Positions 1 to 10,072 of a stretch of DNA of 64,000 bases are shown here, one piece after another. The position numbers and the translations under genes were made by a program. Every line of letters begins with the position of its first letter. Within the stretch, counting starts at the first letter, position 1. A model generated the notes under the pieces. The model had not been told where the DNA came from and did not search any database. It saw only the letters and a list, made by a program, of their open reading frames with translations. The DNA lies in assembly GCA_963662285.2 (NCBI GenBank), contig CAXXMV010000006.1, positions 1,440,001 to 1,504,000 on the forward strand, in the 5' to 3' direction. This stretch comes from a bacterium. GTDB taxonomy: Bacteria > Hinthialibacterota > Hinthialibacteria > Hinthialibacterales > Hinthialibacteraceae.

Positions 1-61
1 GATGGGATACGCTGCTATGGTGATTTAAATGATAAAGTTTTTTCGCTTTGTCCCATCCTAC
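1..61 (-). repeat. GTAG-type REP-like palindrome with enlarged loop (may be cut by the window edge)
   Basis: GATGGGATAC...GCTTTGTCCCATCCTAC; same arms as the copy at 7821-7853; reverse strand begins GTAG. Confidence 0.6.
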
Positions 62-74
62 TTTTTTCTTCGTA

Positions 75-1647
75 TTATTTAAGATTTATTTTTATAATGC
101 GAGTTTTGTTTGGTTCGAGATTGATGGCAAGTCCATTATGCAGTTGGGCGCCGGTGAATGTTTTGGCGCCGTCATCCATGGTTACGTTATAACTTTCTTC
201 CGGTTCTACCGTAAACCATTCGGGGATGGTGTTCATGCGCGGCCAGTCTTTCTGGAATCCCATGTAGAGTCGATAGCGTGGTATATCGAATTCCAGATGT
301 CCTTGGTAGTTTTCTTTAGCTCGCAATGAAATAACGATGCCATTGTCTATAGGTGCGGCGCCGAGTTCCAGCCCTTGCTGCCAGGGACGCGCCAGGACGC
401 CTTGAGTATGCATCAGCGCTTGCATGATGGTGGTGCGGACGCCGTTAGCTTGCAATTTCATGGTTCCCCAGAGCTCGCCGTTCTCCAGGCGCGAGGGATG
501 ATCAACTATGTTGTTTTTGGTTTCGCGGTCGACCCATTCAAATCCTTCTTTGACGGGAAGACGGTTGAGCATGTAAATGGCGCCTTCAATAGAATCCGCA
601 TACCCGTCAATGGATTCACCTTCCCAGGGATAGTCTTTGTATTTGGGATTCATCATGCTGGCTAGAGTCGCCTTCATGTGTGATGTGTATGTGTTCGTCC
701 CCATCGCCATGTCGTAGCAAAGATACCCCACATAGTTGTATCCCCATCCATCGCTCATTCTGCCATTCCGATCGTCCCTTTTCGTGAGATGGTTATACAT
801 CATGCCCACGTCAAGGATGCCTTTTTCGAGAATCGTGTCATACATTTTTTTCAGGCGGTCGCCATATTCAACCGCTTTTTGCGGGCGGTGTGTGGTGAGC
901 ACAGCTTGCAATAAACCGAGACCGCCTATTATTTCACAGCCGTGGTCGCGCAGGACGCGTCGGGACATAGTTGTCGTCGGCAAAATAATAGTCGGCCAGT
1001 CGTATTGCCCAGGTAAGATATTTTTCATCTCCAGTCATGGTGTATAACCGCGCCAGCGCTTGCAGCTGCTCGCCATTCACTTCGACATCGTTGGAGGGGA
1101 TCATACCGAAAGGCGTCTCAATATCCGCGAATTTCCAGAGGTCGTCTTCAATGGCGCGCATGCGGTCAAACCATTCATCGCGGCCAGTCACTTCGACAAT
1201 AGCTATAAGGCAGTCTTTGACGTATTCCGATGCCTGAAATACTAACTCTTCGTTTTTTACTTTGATAGTCTCTTGTTTTTTGTAATCATACGGCGCCGGG
1301 ATGCGGCCTTTCACATTGCATAAAGAACGTTCAGCATGCAGTATGCTGCGTACCGGGCCGTTTAATGCTTCTATATCAGTGGCCCATGCCGCCCATGTCA
1401 GGAAGGGATAACAATCGGCCGCTGTATCCCGGTAATTCCAATAACCATCGGCAATGTACAAACCTGTTTTTTCGTCAATTTTCGGCAATGCGATTTCATG
1501 CAGCCAACGATGGACCTTGCTTAACGAATGGCCGGCGATTTTGGCTGACCGTGAGGCTCGCGCAATGGCGTCAGCATCTTTCTCTTGCGCCAAAGATATC
1601 TGAACCATCATGCCAGTGATTAATGTAAGTAGAATAAGACGTTTCAT
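75..1647 (-). pseudogene. Secreted (alpha/alpha)-barrel glycoside-hydrolase-like protein split by a frameshift at ~953 (ORFs 934..1647 and 75..1028)
   Basis: Signal peptide MKRLILLTLITG; motif ALARLYTMTGDEKYLTWAIRLADY; removing one C from cgt-c-ctg-cgc-gac-cac (GG at 953-954 on +) joins DDNYVPTR to LRDHGCEIIGG, giving ~523 aa. Confidence 0.7.
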
Positions 1648-1789
1648 AATATTATTTCCATTATCTGTTTAAAATTGGAATTAGAGAGATGATTCCGTGA
1701 AATTCTCAATTAGAATTATGCGGTTTAAATTCTAAAGAGTCAACATGATATGCATATTTCGTTATAATTGGCGGCGGGCGTCAAAAGAG

Positions 1790-1896
1790 GGTGCCAAGGG
1801 CAGTGTATTTTCTGCCCTTGATGCGATCACCCACGGATCTAAGTATCCCTCTCCCAAGATTGGGAGAGGCCAGGTGAGGGTTGATAACAACCACCC
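1790..1896 (+). repeat. Composite direct repeat copy 1 (GCCAAGGGC hairpin + CTCTCCCAAGATTGGGAGAG hairpin)
   Basis: Aligns with 2490-2602, including CTCTCCCAAGATTGGGAGAGGCCAGGnGAGGGTTGATAACAACCACCC. Confidence 0.85.
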
Positions 1897-1993
1897 AATC
1901 ATAAAAAAACTAAACAAATGTACATGATTGGCACGCTTCTTGCCATATAACGTATCGAAGCATCAAATAAATCCAATATTCAGGAGAAGCCAA

Positions 1994-2344
1994 ATGTCTA
2001 TCACGCCCCAAGCCATATCCAAATTCGATGAAAATATCATGGACGCCATGTACCACTGCATCATGAAGATTTCAGAAAACTTAAAAAAAAGATACGACCC
2101 GGATTCCCCCGAATCAAACGCCCTCTTCCGTCTCTTCTGTTCTGCATCCAGAACCATGATACAAATGACCAATAAATATCTTAAGGCGCAAGATAAGATA
2201 AATCAAAATACCCAAAATCCGCTAAACAACAAACAATCAAACTTAAACAATATCCCGGTTGATAACTCAAATTCATCCTTAAAACAGCAAGATAACGACA
2301 AAAATCATGGAGGATCATTCTGGAGAAAAAAGAAAACCGCATAA
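1994..2344 (+). CDS. Hypothetical protein (116 aa) with N/Q-rich tail
   Basis: AGGAGA RBS before ATG 1994 inside ORF 1928..2344; no recognised motif. Confidence 0.6.
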   Translation: MSITPQAISKFDENIMDAMYHCIMKISENLKKRYDPDSPESNALFRLFCSASRTMIQMTNKYLKAQDKINQNTQNPLNNKQSNLNNIPVDNSNSSLKQQDNDKNHGGSFWRKKKTA

Positions 2345-2489
2345 CCAAAACGGTTTCAAAGAAAAATAAAAACCAATTTCCCGCCGTTCCTCGACGGGCG
2401 CGGGATAGTACTGCGCGTTATCTTGCACTGACCAATATAAATGGCCGCCAATAATGGGTGGAAAGGCGATATTGTCATTAAGTTAAGCG

Positions 2490-2602
2490 GGCGCCAAGGG
2501 CAAGACCGCAAAGCGGTCAGCCCTTGATGCGATAACCTACGTTTCCCAGTATTCCTCTCCCAAGATTGGGAGAGGCCAGGAGAGGGTTGATAACAACCAC
2601 CC
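2490..2602 (+). repeat. Composite direct repeat copy 2
   Basis: Aligns with 1790-1896. Confidence 0.85.
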
Positions 2603-2708
2603 GAATGAAAAAATCCACCACAAAAAGTGAGCAAAGAGCCTAATCCTCTATTGCTGACAAATCCAGTATGTTACAATCAACCTAATCCTATACATCAGGT
2701 TAAATATT

Positions 2709-5279
2709 ATGACGCCCGAAGAAAAAGCGCTTAAGAAAATCAAAGCAGCCAAACGAACCGGCGCCGATTATCTCGATCTTTCAAATATGGGTTTAACCTC
2801 GCTGCCGCCGGAGGTGTGTGGACTCACCAACCTGTCTAGACTAGATTTGGATAATAACCAACTAAGCGTGCTGCCGCCGGAGGTGTGTGGACTCACCAAC
2901 CTGACGACACTCTGGCTGAATAATAACCAACTAAGCGTGCTGCCGCCGAAGGTGTGTGGACTCACCAACCTGACGAAACTCTGGCTGAATAATAACCAAC
3001 TAAGCGTGCTGCCGCCGGAGGTGTGTGGACTCACAAACCTGACGGAACTGTATCTAAGTTATAACCAACTAACCTCGCTGCCGCCGGAGGTGTGTGGACT
3101 CACCAACCTGTCTAGTCTAGATTTGGATAATAACCAACTAAGCGTGCTGCCGCCGGAGGTGTGTGGACTCTCCAATCTGACGAGACTGTATCTAAGTGAT
3201 AACCAACTAAGCGTGCTGCCGCCGGAGGTAGGTCAACTCGCCAATCTCACTTCACTCGATCTACGTAGCAACCAACTAATCGTGCTGCCGCCGGAGGTAG
3301 TTCAACTCACAAAATTAGAATATCTCTTTCTTGTTGGAAATAAATTACCCATACCACCTGAGATTCTCAATTATTCTCATAATCCATCAAAAATCCTAAA
3401 TTACTATTTTGAGCATATTAAAACCGAAGCGCCTAAACGGGCGCTTAATGAAGCCAAGGTGCTGTTCGTTGGCCAGGGAGATGTGGGTAAAACATCGTTG
3501 ATCAAGATGCTGCTGACAGGTAAATACGATAAGAACGAGAACAAGACGGAAGGGATCGACATTCATAAGTGGGATGTGAAGATAAAAGGCGATAAGGTGC
3601 GTCTTAACCTCTGGGATTTCGGCGGGCAGGAGATTATGCATTCCACCCATAAATTTTTCCTCACCAAACGCAGCGTATATGTTCTGGTGCTCGATTCGCG
3701 CAGGGACGATCGCGCTAACCGTTTATCCTATTGGCTGAGGCTGATCGAAAGTTTTGCCAGCGATTCTCCGGTAATCGTAGTTTGCAACCAGTGCGATGAG
3801 GATCAACTCAACCTCGATTGGCGCAACCTGCATGCTAAATTCCCGAATATCCGCCATTTCGTCAAACGCGCATCCTGCGAGACGCCCGAGGGGATAGATG
3901 ATCTAAAAGAGGCCATTCGTGAACAGGCTGCTAAACTTGATCACCTCAAAGATGTCCTGTTAGAAAGCGAGTTTGCTGTTAAAGATGAACTTGAAAATAT
4001 GGAGGAACCTTTCGTCTCGTATGACGACTATCTGGAAATGTGTAAGCGACATGGTTTGACCAATGAACAGAGCCAAAACACCCTGCTTGAGTTTCTGCAC
4101 GACCTGGGAATTGTGTTGCATTACAGCGATGCGCCTCACCTGGAATTTACCAATGTCCTGAAACCTGAATGGGTGACTGAGGGAGTTTATAAAATCCTCA
4201 ATGCAAATGAATTTAAAAACACCAATGGCGTGGTGGAAACGGATAAACTATCCCTCGTTCTTGACCATAAAGCCTATCCCAAAGATAAGCGCATGTTCGT
4301 ATTAGAGATGATGGTGAAATTCGAATTGTGTCATGAGTTTGAAGGTTCGCGTCACTCAAAATTCCTTGTACCGGATTTACTGCATACCGAAGCACTTGAT
4401 ACCGGCGACTGGTCGGATGCGCTGGCTTTCCAATACCACTACGAGGTGCTCCCTCAAAGCATCATGACCCGCTTTATCGTACGCATGTTTCCGTATATGT
4501 CTGATAGCGTCTGCTGGTTGAAAGGGGTCATGCTTGAATCGGAAGACGGCAGGAATCAGGCGTTGATTAAATCAGATTTAGACGATGCCAAAATCTTCAT
4601 TAAAGTGCGGGGCCAAGAGGGAACCCGCCGCGACCTGCTGCAAATCATCCGCGCCGAATTCAGGTTGATACATGAGACATTTTCCAAACTAAGGCCAAAG
4701 GAAATGGTTCCAATCCCTGATACAGAAGCAGTGTATCCATACAAAAGTTTATTGAAATTGAAAGAAAATGTGATTGATAAATACTATCTTCCGGAAGCTG
4801 ATTGTATTATCTATCCTAATCAATTATTGGATATAGTCGAAACGCCAAAATGGCGTGAAGATCATAAAAAAATGAATTCATCTGAATCAGATGGATCAAT
4901 TAATTTAAAAATTGATATTAATCAGGGAGATAAGAGAATGGAAAAATACAAGATTAATAATGAAGGCGGCGCGGTTAATATTAAGGGAACACAGAACGTT
5001 GGTTCTATCAATTTCGTTAAATCGGTTGAACAATCCACTTTAAGCGACGACCTGAAAAATGCCTTTACCGCCGCTTATCAGAAACTAAAGGAAGGCGGTC
5101 TACCGGAAGCATACCAAAAACCTGTTGAAGACGACCTAAATACAATCAAGACGGAGATGGAAAAAGAAACTCCTGATCAAGGGGTGGTCAAAACAATATG
5201 GAATAGAATCCAACAGGTAGCTCCATCCGTAGCAACAGCGCTTGGTATGGCGGCGGCGTTAAAATCATTGTTGGTCTAA
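2709..5279 (+). CDS. LRR-Roc-COR (Roco family GTPase) protein with C-terminal helical extension
   Basis: 23-aa LRRs; P-loop GQGDVGKTS, TEGI, WDFGGQ, NQCD; COR motifs LLEFLHDLGIVLHY and VLKPEWVTEGVY. Confidence 0.93.
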   Translation: MTPEEKALKKIKAAKRTGADYLDLSNMGLTSLPPEVCGLTNLSRLDLDNNQLSVLPPEVCGLTNLTTLWLNNNQLSVLPPKVCGLTNLTKLWLNNNQLSVLPPEVCGLTNLTELYLSYNQLTSLPPEVCGLTNLSSLDLDNNQLSVLPPEVCGLSNLTRLYLSDNQLSVLPPEVGQLANLTSLDLRSNQLIVLPPEVVQLTKLEYLFLVGNKLPIPPEILNYSHNPSKILNYYFEHIKTEAPKRALNEAKVLFVGQGDVGKTSLIKMLLTGKYDKNENKTEGIDIHKWDVKIKGDKVRLNLWDFGGQEIMHSTHKFFLTKRSVYVLVLDSRRDDRANRLSYWLRLIESFASDSPVIVVCNQCDEDQLNLDWRNLHAKFPNIRHFVKRASCETPEGIDDLKEAIREQAAKLDHLKDVLLESEFAVKDELENMEEPFVSYDDYLEMCKRHGLTNEQSQNTLLEFLHDLGIVLHYSDAPHLEFTNVLKPEWVTEGVYKILNANEFKNTNGVVETDKLSLVLDHKAYPKDKRMFVLEMMVKFELCHEFEGSRHSKFLVPDLLHTEALDTGDWSDALAFQYHYEVLPQSIMTRFIVRMFPYMSDSVCWLKGVMLESEDGRNQALIKSDLDDAKIFIKVRGQEGTRRDLLQIIRAEFRLIHETFSKLRPKEMVPIPDTEAVYPYKSLLKLKENVIDKYYLPEADCIIYPNQLLDIVETPKWREDHKKMNSSESDGSINLKIDINQGDKRMEKYKINNEGGAVNIKGTQNVGSINFVKSVEQSTLSDDLKNAFTAAYQKLKEGGLPEAYQKPVEDDLNTIKTEMEKETPDQGVVKTIWNRIQQVAPSVATALGMAAALKSLLV
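2794..3310 (+). repeat. 69-bp tandem repeat array encoding LRRs
   Basis: CTGCCGCCG(G/A)AGGT recurs at 2802, 2871, 2940, 3009, 3078, 3147, 3216, 3285. Confidence 0.95.
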
Positions 5280-5290
5280 AATGCAACGAA

Positions 5291-5382
5291 GTAGGGTGGG
5301 CTAAAAGCGACAGCGTAGCCCACCATGATACGTAGGTGGCTCCGGTGGGCTACGCCGCTTTGCGGCTTTTAGCCCACCCTAC
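5291..5382. repeat. Inverted pair of GTAG REPs (REPIN/BIME-like) between convergent genes
   Basis: GTAGGGTGGGCTA...TAGCCCACC (5291-5324) and GGTGGGCTAC...TAGCCCACCCTAC (5344-5382). Confidence 0.85.
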
Positions 5383-5414
5383 GGGATTTTTTTTAATCCA
5401 CAACAGGATGTCTT

Positions 5415-6449
5415 TTATCCCAACAGCTCTTGCAGCATTTTCTTGCCATAGCGCAGCGTTTTTTGCATGTCGGGGACGCCGTCTTGCTCGAAGGTCAGGT
5501 AGCCGGTGTATTCTATGTCGCGCAGAGTTTTGACTACTGCTTTGAAATCCATTACTCCTTCGCCGATCCCTACGAAGACAAGACCTTCGCTGTCGATATC
5601 GCGGATGTGGGCGTTCATCAGATGATCCTTAACCTTGAGAATGGCCATCGGTGGATATTCGCGCTGCAACTGAATCCAACCGATATCCAGATTCATGCCT
5701 AAGCGTGGGTCTTTGATGTGATCCCACAGCCGCAGGAAAGCGGTTGAATCGTGTACTAAGGTGTGGGTGTGGTTTTCGATGGTGAAGCGCAGGCCGTGGT
5801 GGGCGGCGCGTTCGACGCAGCCCTTCATGGTATGCACGAAGGTATCCCACACTTGGTCGTAATCGAATCCCTCTGCGATATCTATGTGGAACTTCTTACC
5901 GGCGCCTGATTCAGCGAAATAGCGCGGCAAGTAGGCGTGCGGTCCGGTCATCTCGCGGGGCCAGGGCGACACGATGTTGATGAAAGGCGCATTCAGGGTG
6001 CGCCCGATTTTGCAGCCCTCCTCGAACACATCCAGGCTGCGGTTGCGGTCGTCGGAGTTGAGACTGGAGAGGTTTTCCACGGCGGATTGAAAGAGCACAA
6101 ACTGCGAAACGGCCAGGTTGTGCGAATCAAGTTTCTTCTTCATGTTGGGGATGGTGGAAGGCTGGAGCCAATAGTCTTTGAGATCGACTGCTTCTCCGAT
6201 GATCAACTCGATGGCGTCGAATCCCAGCCCGGCGGTCTGGTCTATCGCCTTATCAAAGGGATAGCCTTTGATGATGCCGCCGTAGTTCCAACACACGTTG
6301 CCCAGTTTGATCTGACCGGGCTTAAAACCGGGGGGGATGAATCTCTTAGGCTTTGCGGCGGCGCCCAATGCGGGAACGGCGCTGACAGCGGATGCCAGGG
6401 CGGCGCTTTGGAGGAATTGTCTACGGTTGGCAGTGGAAGTCGATTTCAT
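5415..6449 (-). CDS. Tat-exported sugar phosphate isomerase/epimerase (xylose-isomerase-like TIM barrel)
   Basis: NRRQFL Tat motif; IENH, NLDIGW, HIRD, GEGVMDF, TFEQD. Confidence 0.85.
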   Translation of the reverse strand: MKSTSTANRRQFLQSAALASAVSAVPALGAAAKPKRFIPPGFKPGQIKLGNVCWNYGGIIKGYPFDKAIDQTAGLGFDAIELIIGEAVDLKDYWLQPSTIPNMKKKLDSHNLAVSQFVLFQSAVENLSSLNSDDRNRSLDVFEEGCKIGRTLNAPFINIVSPWPREMTGPHAYLPRYFAESGAGKKFHIDIAEGFDYDQVWDTFVHTMKGCVERAAHHGLRFTIENHTHTLVHDSTAFLRLWDHIKDPRLGMNLDIGWIQLQREYPPMAILKVKDHLMNAHIRDIDSEGLVFVGIGEGVMDFKAVVKTLRDIEYTGYLTFEQDGVPDMQKTLRYGKKMLQELLG

Positions 6450-6563
6450 GATTTCTACTCCTTGAAGTGTATCCTTTTGTATGCAGAATTACTAAACACT
6501 ACATAAAATACTCGATATTGAAAATCAAAAAGGGCATACAATTTGTTATAATAAGTGGCTTAA

Positions 6564-6598
6564 TCAAGGGCTGACCGCAATGCGGTCTTGCCCTTGGC
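6564..6598 (+). repeat. TCAAGGGC...GCCCTTGGC palindromic repeat
   Basis: TCAAGGGCTGACCGCAATGCGGTCTTGCCCTTGGC; 7 family copies in window. Confidence 0.85.
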
Positions 6599-6664
6599 AC
6601 CCATCTAATGTCGTGTGGGTTTTGTTGTTTTAATATATAACCTAATGTATACATCATACAGTAA

Positions 6665-7669
6665 TTATGCAACGCCAATCCCAGAGCCATCAGGCATAAC
6701 GATCACGCCCCGGTCGAGCCGCATTCCCTGGAACGGGTCGTTGCTAAGCAGGGCGGCGCCGTCCAGATCAATGTAATCAACCAGCGGCGCCAGATGCGCG
6801 GCGGCGGTTACGCCCAGGGAACTTTCTATCATACAGCCCAGCATGATGCGCAGGTTGTTGGTTCTGGCTATGTCGATCATCTGACGGGCGCGGCGCAGCC
6901 CGCCGCATTTAGCCAGCTTGATGTTGATGCCGTCAGCTAAGCCGATCCACTTGGTTATATCCTCGGGGCCGTGGACGCTTTCATCCACGATAATGGGGAT
7001 TCCGGTATGGTTGGCTTGCATGATGCGGCGGTAGCCGTCGTGATCGGCGCCGGGCAGGGGCTGTTCGATCAAGCGCACATTGCATTGCTGCATGATGGGA
7101 AGGTATTCCAGAGTCTGTTCGGCGCTCCATCCCTCGTTGGCGTCGATGTAGAGCGGCTTGCCGGTTTTCCCGGCGATGGATTGCAGCGTTTCGAGGTCTT
7201 GGCGCCCGCCCACTTTGATCTTGAGAATGGGATAAGGCGCCGCGCGTTCGACTTTCTGCATAACCACATCCAACTGATCCATGCCGATAGTGAATGAAGA
7301 GATCAAACCGCTGAGTTGGGGGATATGCCACATTTGATCCAGAGACGCGTCTTGCTTCTTACCCAGTGCGTCATGCATAGCCAGATCGATGGCCTGCCAG
7401 AGTCCAGTCTCGCCGGGGAATTGCTGGATCAGTTCATCGAGTATGGCATCCACCGGACGCTCTAAGTCGGGTTGTTGAACCACCCACTCGTGCGCCAGTT
7501 GAGCCATGCGCTCAACCGTCTGCCCGCGGTAGTAGATGGGCGCCCCTTCTCCCAGACCATCGCCGATGCGGATGAACAGGTTGCTCACCGTGCGCCGCAT
7601 GCCGCGCGCGATGCCGAATGGATCGCGCAGCTGAAGTTCACGGATGTCTATTTCGATAGGTGGATTCAT
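6665..7669 (-). CDS. Dipeptide (L-Ala-D/L-Glu) epimerase, enolase superfamily
   Basis: KIK, DANEGW, EQP, DES, NIKLAKCGG, GCMIES, DLDG motifs. Confidence 0.9.
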   Translation of the reverse strand: MNPPIEIDIRELQLRDPFGIARGMRRTVSNLFIRIGDGLGEGAPIYYRGQTVERMAQLAHEWVVQQPDLERPVDAILDELIQQFPGETGLWQAIDLAMHDALGKKQDASLDQMWHIPQLSGLISSFTIGMDQLDVVMQKVERAAPYPILKIKVGGRQDLETLQSIAGKTGKPLYIDANEGWSAEQTLEYLPIMQQCNVRLIEQPLPGADHDGYRRIMQANHTGIPIIVDESVHGPEDITKWIGLADGINIKLAKCGGLRRARQMIDIARTNNLRIMLGCMIESSLGVTAAAHLAPLVDYIDLDGAALLSNDPFQGMRLDRGVIVMPDGSGIGVA

Positions 7670-7691
7670 AAGGTATTACTCATGATATTAA

Positions 7692-7853
7692 AACGGAGCG
7701 TAGATTGTTCTACGCTCCGTTGATTTGCATGTTGTTGGTGGAGTGGTTTTGAGTGGGTGATTCGTGGTGGGCTACGCTACGCTTTTAGCCCACCCTACTT
7801 GCTATTGCATGAGTGGTTTTGATGGGACACGTTTGCGCTTTGTCCCATCCTAC
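7692..7853. repeat. Cluster of palindromes: AACGGAGCGTAGA hairpin and two GTAG REPs (7766-7798, 7821-7853)
   Basis: Direct inspection; REP arms match those at 5344, 20810 and 1-61. Confidence 0.8.
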
Positions 7854-7888
7854 CTTTTTACTACATACCACACACTATCCACTGCACA

Positions 7889-8824
7889 CTATTTCACTGC
7901 CTTAAAGAATTCTGCGGCTGATCCGGCGATTCCTTCGGCGTCCAGTTTGTATTCTTTGTACATATCTTCGGGGCTGCCGGATTGACCGAATTGATCCAGA
8001 ACTCCCCAGCGTTTAACTGGTACGGGGAATTTCTCTGACGTCACTTCGCAAACCGCTGAACCCAGGCCGCCAATGATGCTGTGATCTTCGACGGTGAACA
8101 GGCATCCTGTTTCCTTGGCGCATTTTACGATCAATTCTTCATCAATGGGCTTGATGGAATGGATGTTGACGATGCGAGCATCAATCTTCTTGGCGGCCAG
8201 CAGCTCTTTGGCTTTGAGCGCATGTTGTACGGTTCCACCGGAAGCGATGATGGTCATATCAGCGCCGGGCGCCAGTTCAGCGCCTTTACCTAATTGGAAT
8301 TTATAACCCTCGCCATTGACGTCGGGTAGTTTCTGACGGGTTAGACGCAGGTAAACCGGGCCGTCGTGTTGCGCGGCGAAGGCTACGGCTTGTTTGGTTT
8401 CCACTTCGTCAGCTGGTTGAATGACGACCATACCGGGGATAGAGCGCATCAGGCCGATGTCTTCCAGACCCATTTGGCTGTGGCCGTCTTCTCCGATGCC
8501 GATTCCGGCGTGGGTGCCGACGATTTTGACATTGGCTTTGGCGTATCCAACCGAGATGCGGATAGTATCGAAGCGTCCCGTGATGAAGCAGGCGAAACTG
8601 CATACAAAGGGGACTTTGCCCGATAGAGCCATTCCGGCGCCGGCGCCGATCATGTTGGCTTCAGCGATTCCAAACTCAAAAAAGCGCTCGGGGTATTTAT
8701 CGGCGAAGAGGCAGGTCATGGTGGATTTGCTTAAATCAGCATCCAGAACCACAACATTAGGATTGCTCCGCCCGATATCCACCAAGGCTTCTCCAAAGGC
8801 GAGACGAGTTGCTTTTGTAGACAT
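7889..8824 (-). CDS. Transketolase, C-terminal (pyrimidine-binding) subunit
   Basis: LDADLSKST, GIAEANM, GEDGHSQM, GPVYLRL, TVEDHSIIGGLG. Confidence 0.95.
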   Translation of the reverse strand: MSTKATRLAFGEALVDIGRSNPNVVVLDADLSKSTMTCLFADKYPERFFEFGIAEANMIGAGAGMALSGKVPFVCSFACFITGRFDTIRISVGYAKANVKIVGTHAGIGIGEDGHSQMGLEDIGLMRSIPGMVVIQPADEVETKQAVAFAAQHDGPVYLRLTRQKLPDVNGEGYKFQLGKGAELAPGADMTIIASGGTVQHALKAKELLAAKKIDARIVNIHSIKPIDEELIVKCAKETGCLFTVEDHSIIGGLGSAVCEVTSEKFPVPVKRWGVLDQFGQSGSPEDMYKEYKLDAEGIAGSAAEFFKAVK

Positions 8825-8922
8825 ATTATCCTTCCATATCTATAGGAAAATTCTATTAATTTCAGTGTTACCCCGGTATGTCTGGTTACTCTGGTAGAAC
8901 CGGGTTTGATCCAGATCAGGAA

Positions 8923-9756
8923 TTATACTTGAGCCAGTTCCTTGAGCGCCTGCTCGGTCTCTTCAGGATTGGGAGTCTTGCCATGCCAGCCGACCTGGTT
9001 TTCCATGAACGAAACGCCTTTGCCTTTGACGGTTTTAGCCCATATAAGAGTGGGGCGGTCTTTGGTGGCCTGGGCTTCGTCGAGCGCTTTGATAACCTGT
9101 TCCATGTCATGGCCGTTGATGGCGATGACGTGCCAGTTGAATGAGCGCCATTTGGCGTCGATGGGCGTTAATGACATTACGTCTTCGACATAACCGTCGA
9201 TCTGGGCGTTGTTGTTATCCAGGATAAGCGTCAGGTTGTTGAGTTTGAATTTGCTGGCGGCCATAACCGCTTCCCAGATTTGGCCTTCCTGTGATTCGCC
9301 GTCGCCGATCATGCAATATACGCGCCAGGCTTTTTTGTCCATTTTGGCGGTCATAGCCATGCCCAGAGCGATGGAGAGTCCTTGTCCCAATGATCCGGTC
9401 GAGGCTTCCATAGCGTTGCAGCGAACGCGGTCGGGGTGTCCCTGGAGGAATGATCCGAATTTGCGCAGATTGATGAGTTCTTTTTCATCAAAATAACCCG
9501 CCTGAGCCAGGGCGGAGTACCATGCCGGGACGCAGTGTCCCTTGGACATGATGAAACGGTCGCGTTCTTCCCATTGGGGATTGGCCGGATCGTGTTTCAT
9601 TACTCCGAATAGAAGCGCCGCCGTGATATCCGCGGCGGATAATGAACCACCCGGATGTCCCGAACCGGCTTCAGCCAGCATCCTGATGCTATTCATGCGA
9701 ATATTTCGCGCGTGTGATTTGAGCGTACTTATGTCTCTAGTGAGTTCAAAAGCCAT
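8923..9756 (-). CDS. Transketolase, N-terminal (ThDP-binding) subunit
   Basis: SGHPGGSLS, RDRFIMSKGH, STGSLGQG, GDGESQEGQIWEA. Confidence 0.95.
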   Translation of the reverse strand: MAFELTRDISTLKSHARNIRMNSIRMLAEAGSGHPGGSLSAADITAALLFGVMKHDPANPQWEERDRFIMSKGHCVPAWYSALAQAGYFDEKELINLRKFGSFLQGHPDRVRCNAMEASTGSLGQGLSIALGMAMTAKMDKKAWRVYCMIGDGESQEGQIWEAVMAASKFKLNNLTLILDNNNAQIDGYVEDVMSLTPIDAKWRSFNWHVIAINGHDMEQVIKALDEAQATKDRPTLIWAKTVKGKGVSFMENQVGWHGKTPNPEETEQALKELAQV

Positions 9757-10072
9757 TACTGATCCCTTCAGCCTTCTTCTCCCGAAAGGGAGGAATATTC
9801 ATTCATGTAATCAGATTTAATTATGATGATATTGACTGAATGTCAATGCGGCAAGAGTGACGGAGCGATTGAATTAAAAAGTTGCCTGAAGCGTCAGTTG
9901 TGCGGTAGTTTTATTAAGAATCGTTTTTAAGCGTATTTAATAGATTATCGAGATGATGTAAGATAGTGAACGGTGTCTATTTGATTGGATAGATATGATA
10001 TTGTTTGACTTAGGCGCAAAATTTGTTTTATCCCGGAAATGATTGCTTATTGATTGACGCAGAATTAAAAAA

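Noticed and set aside
2794-3310. CRISPR or DGR interpretation of the 69-bp array
   Set aside because: In-frame coding LRRs; variable segments are only ~20 bp; no reverse transcriptase or template repeat in the window, and changes are not adenine-specific
5336-7985. Small ORFs 5336..5533, 6499..6690 and 7764..7985
   Set aside because: They start in or span palindromic repeats, and two overlap real genes antisense
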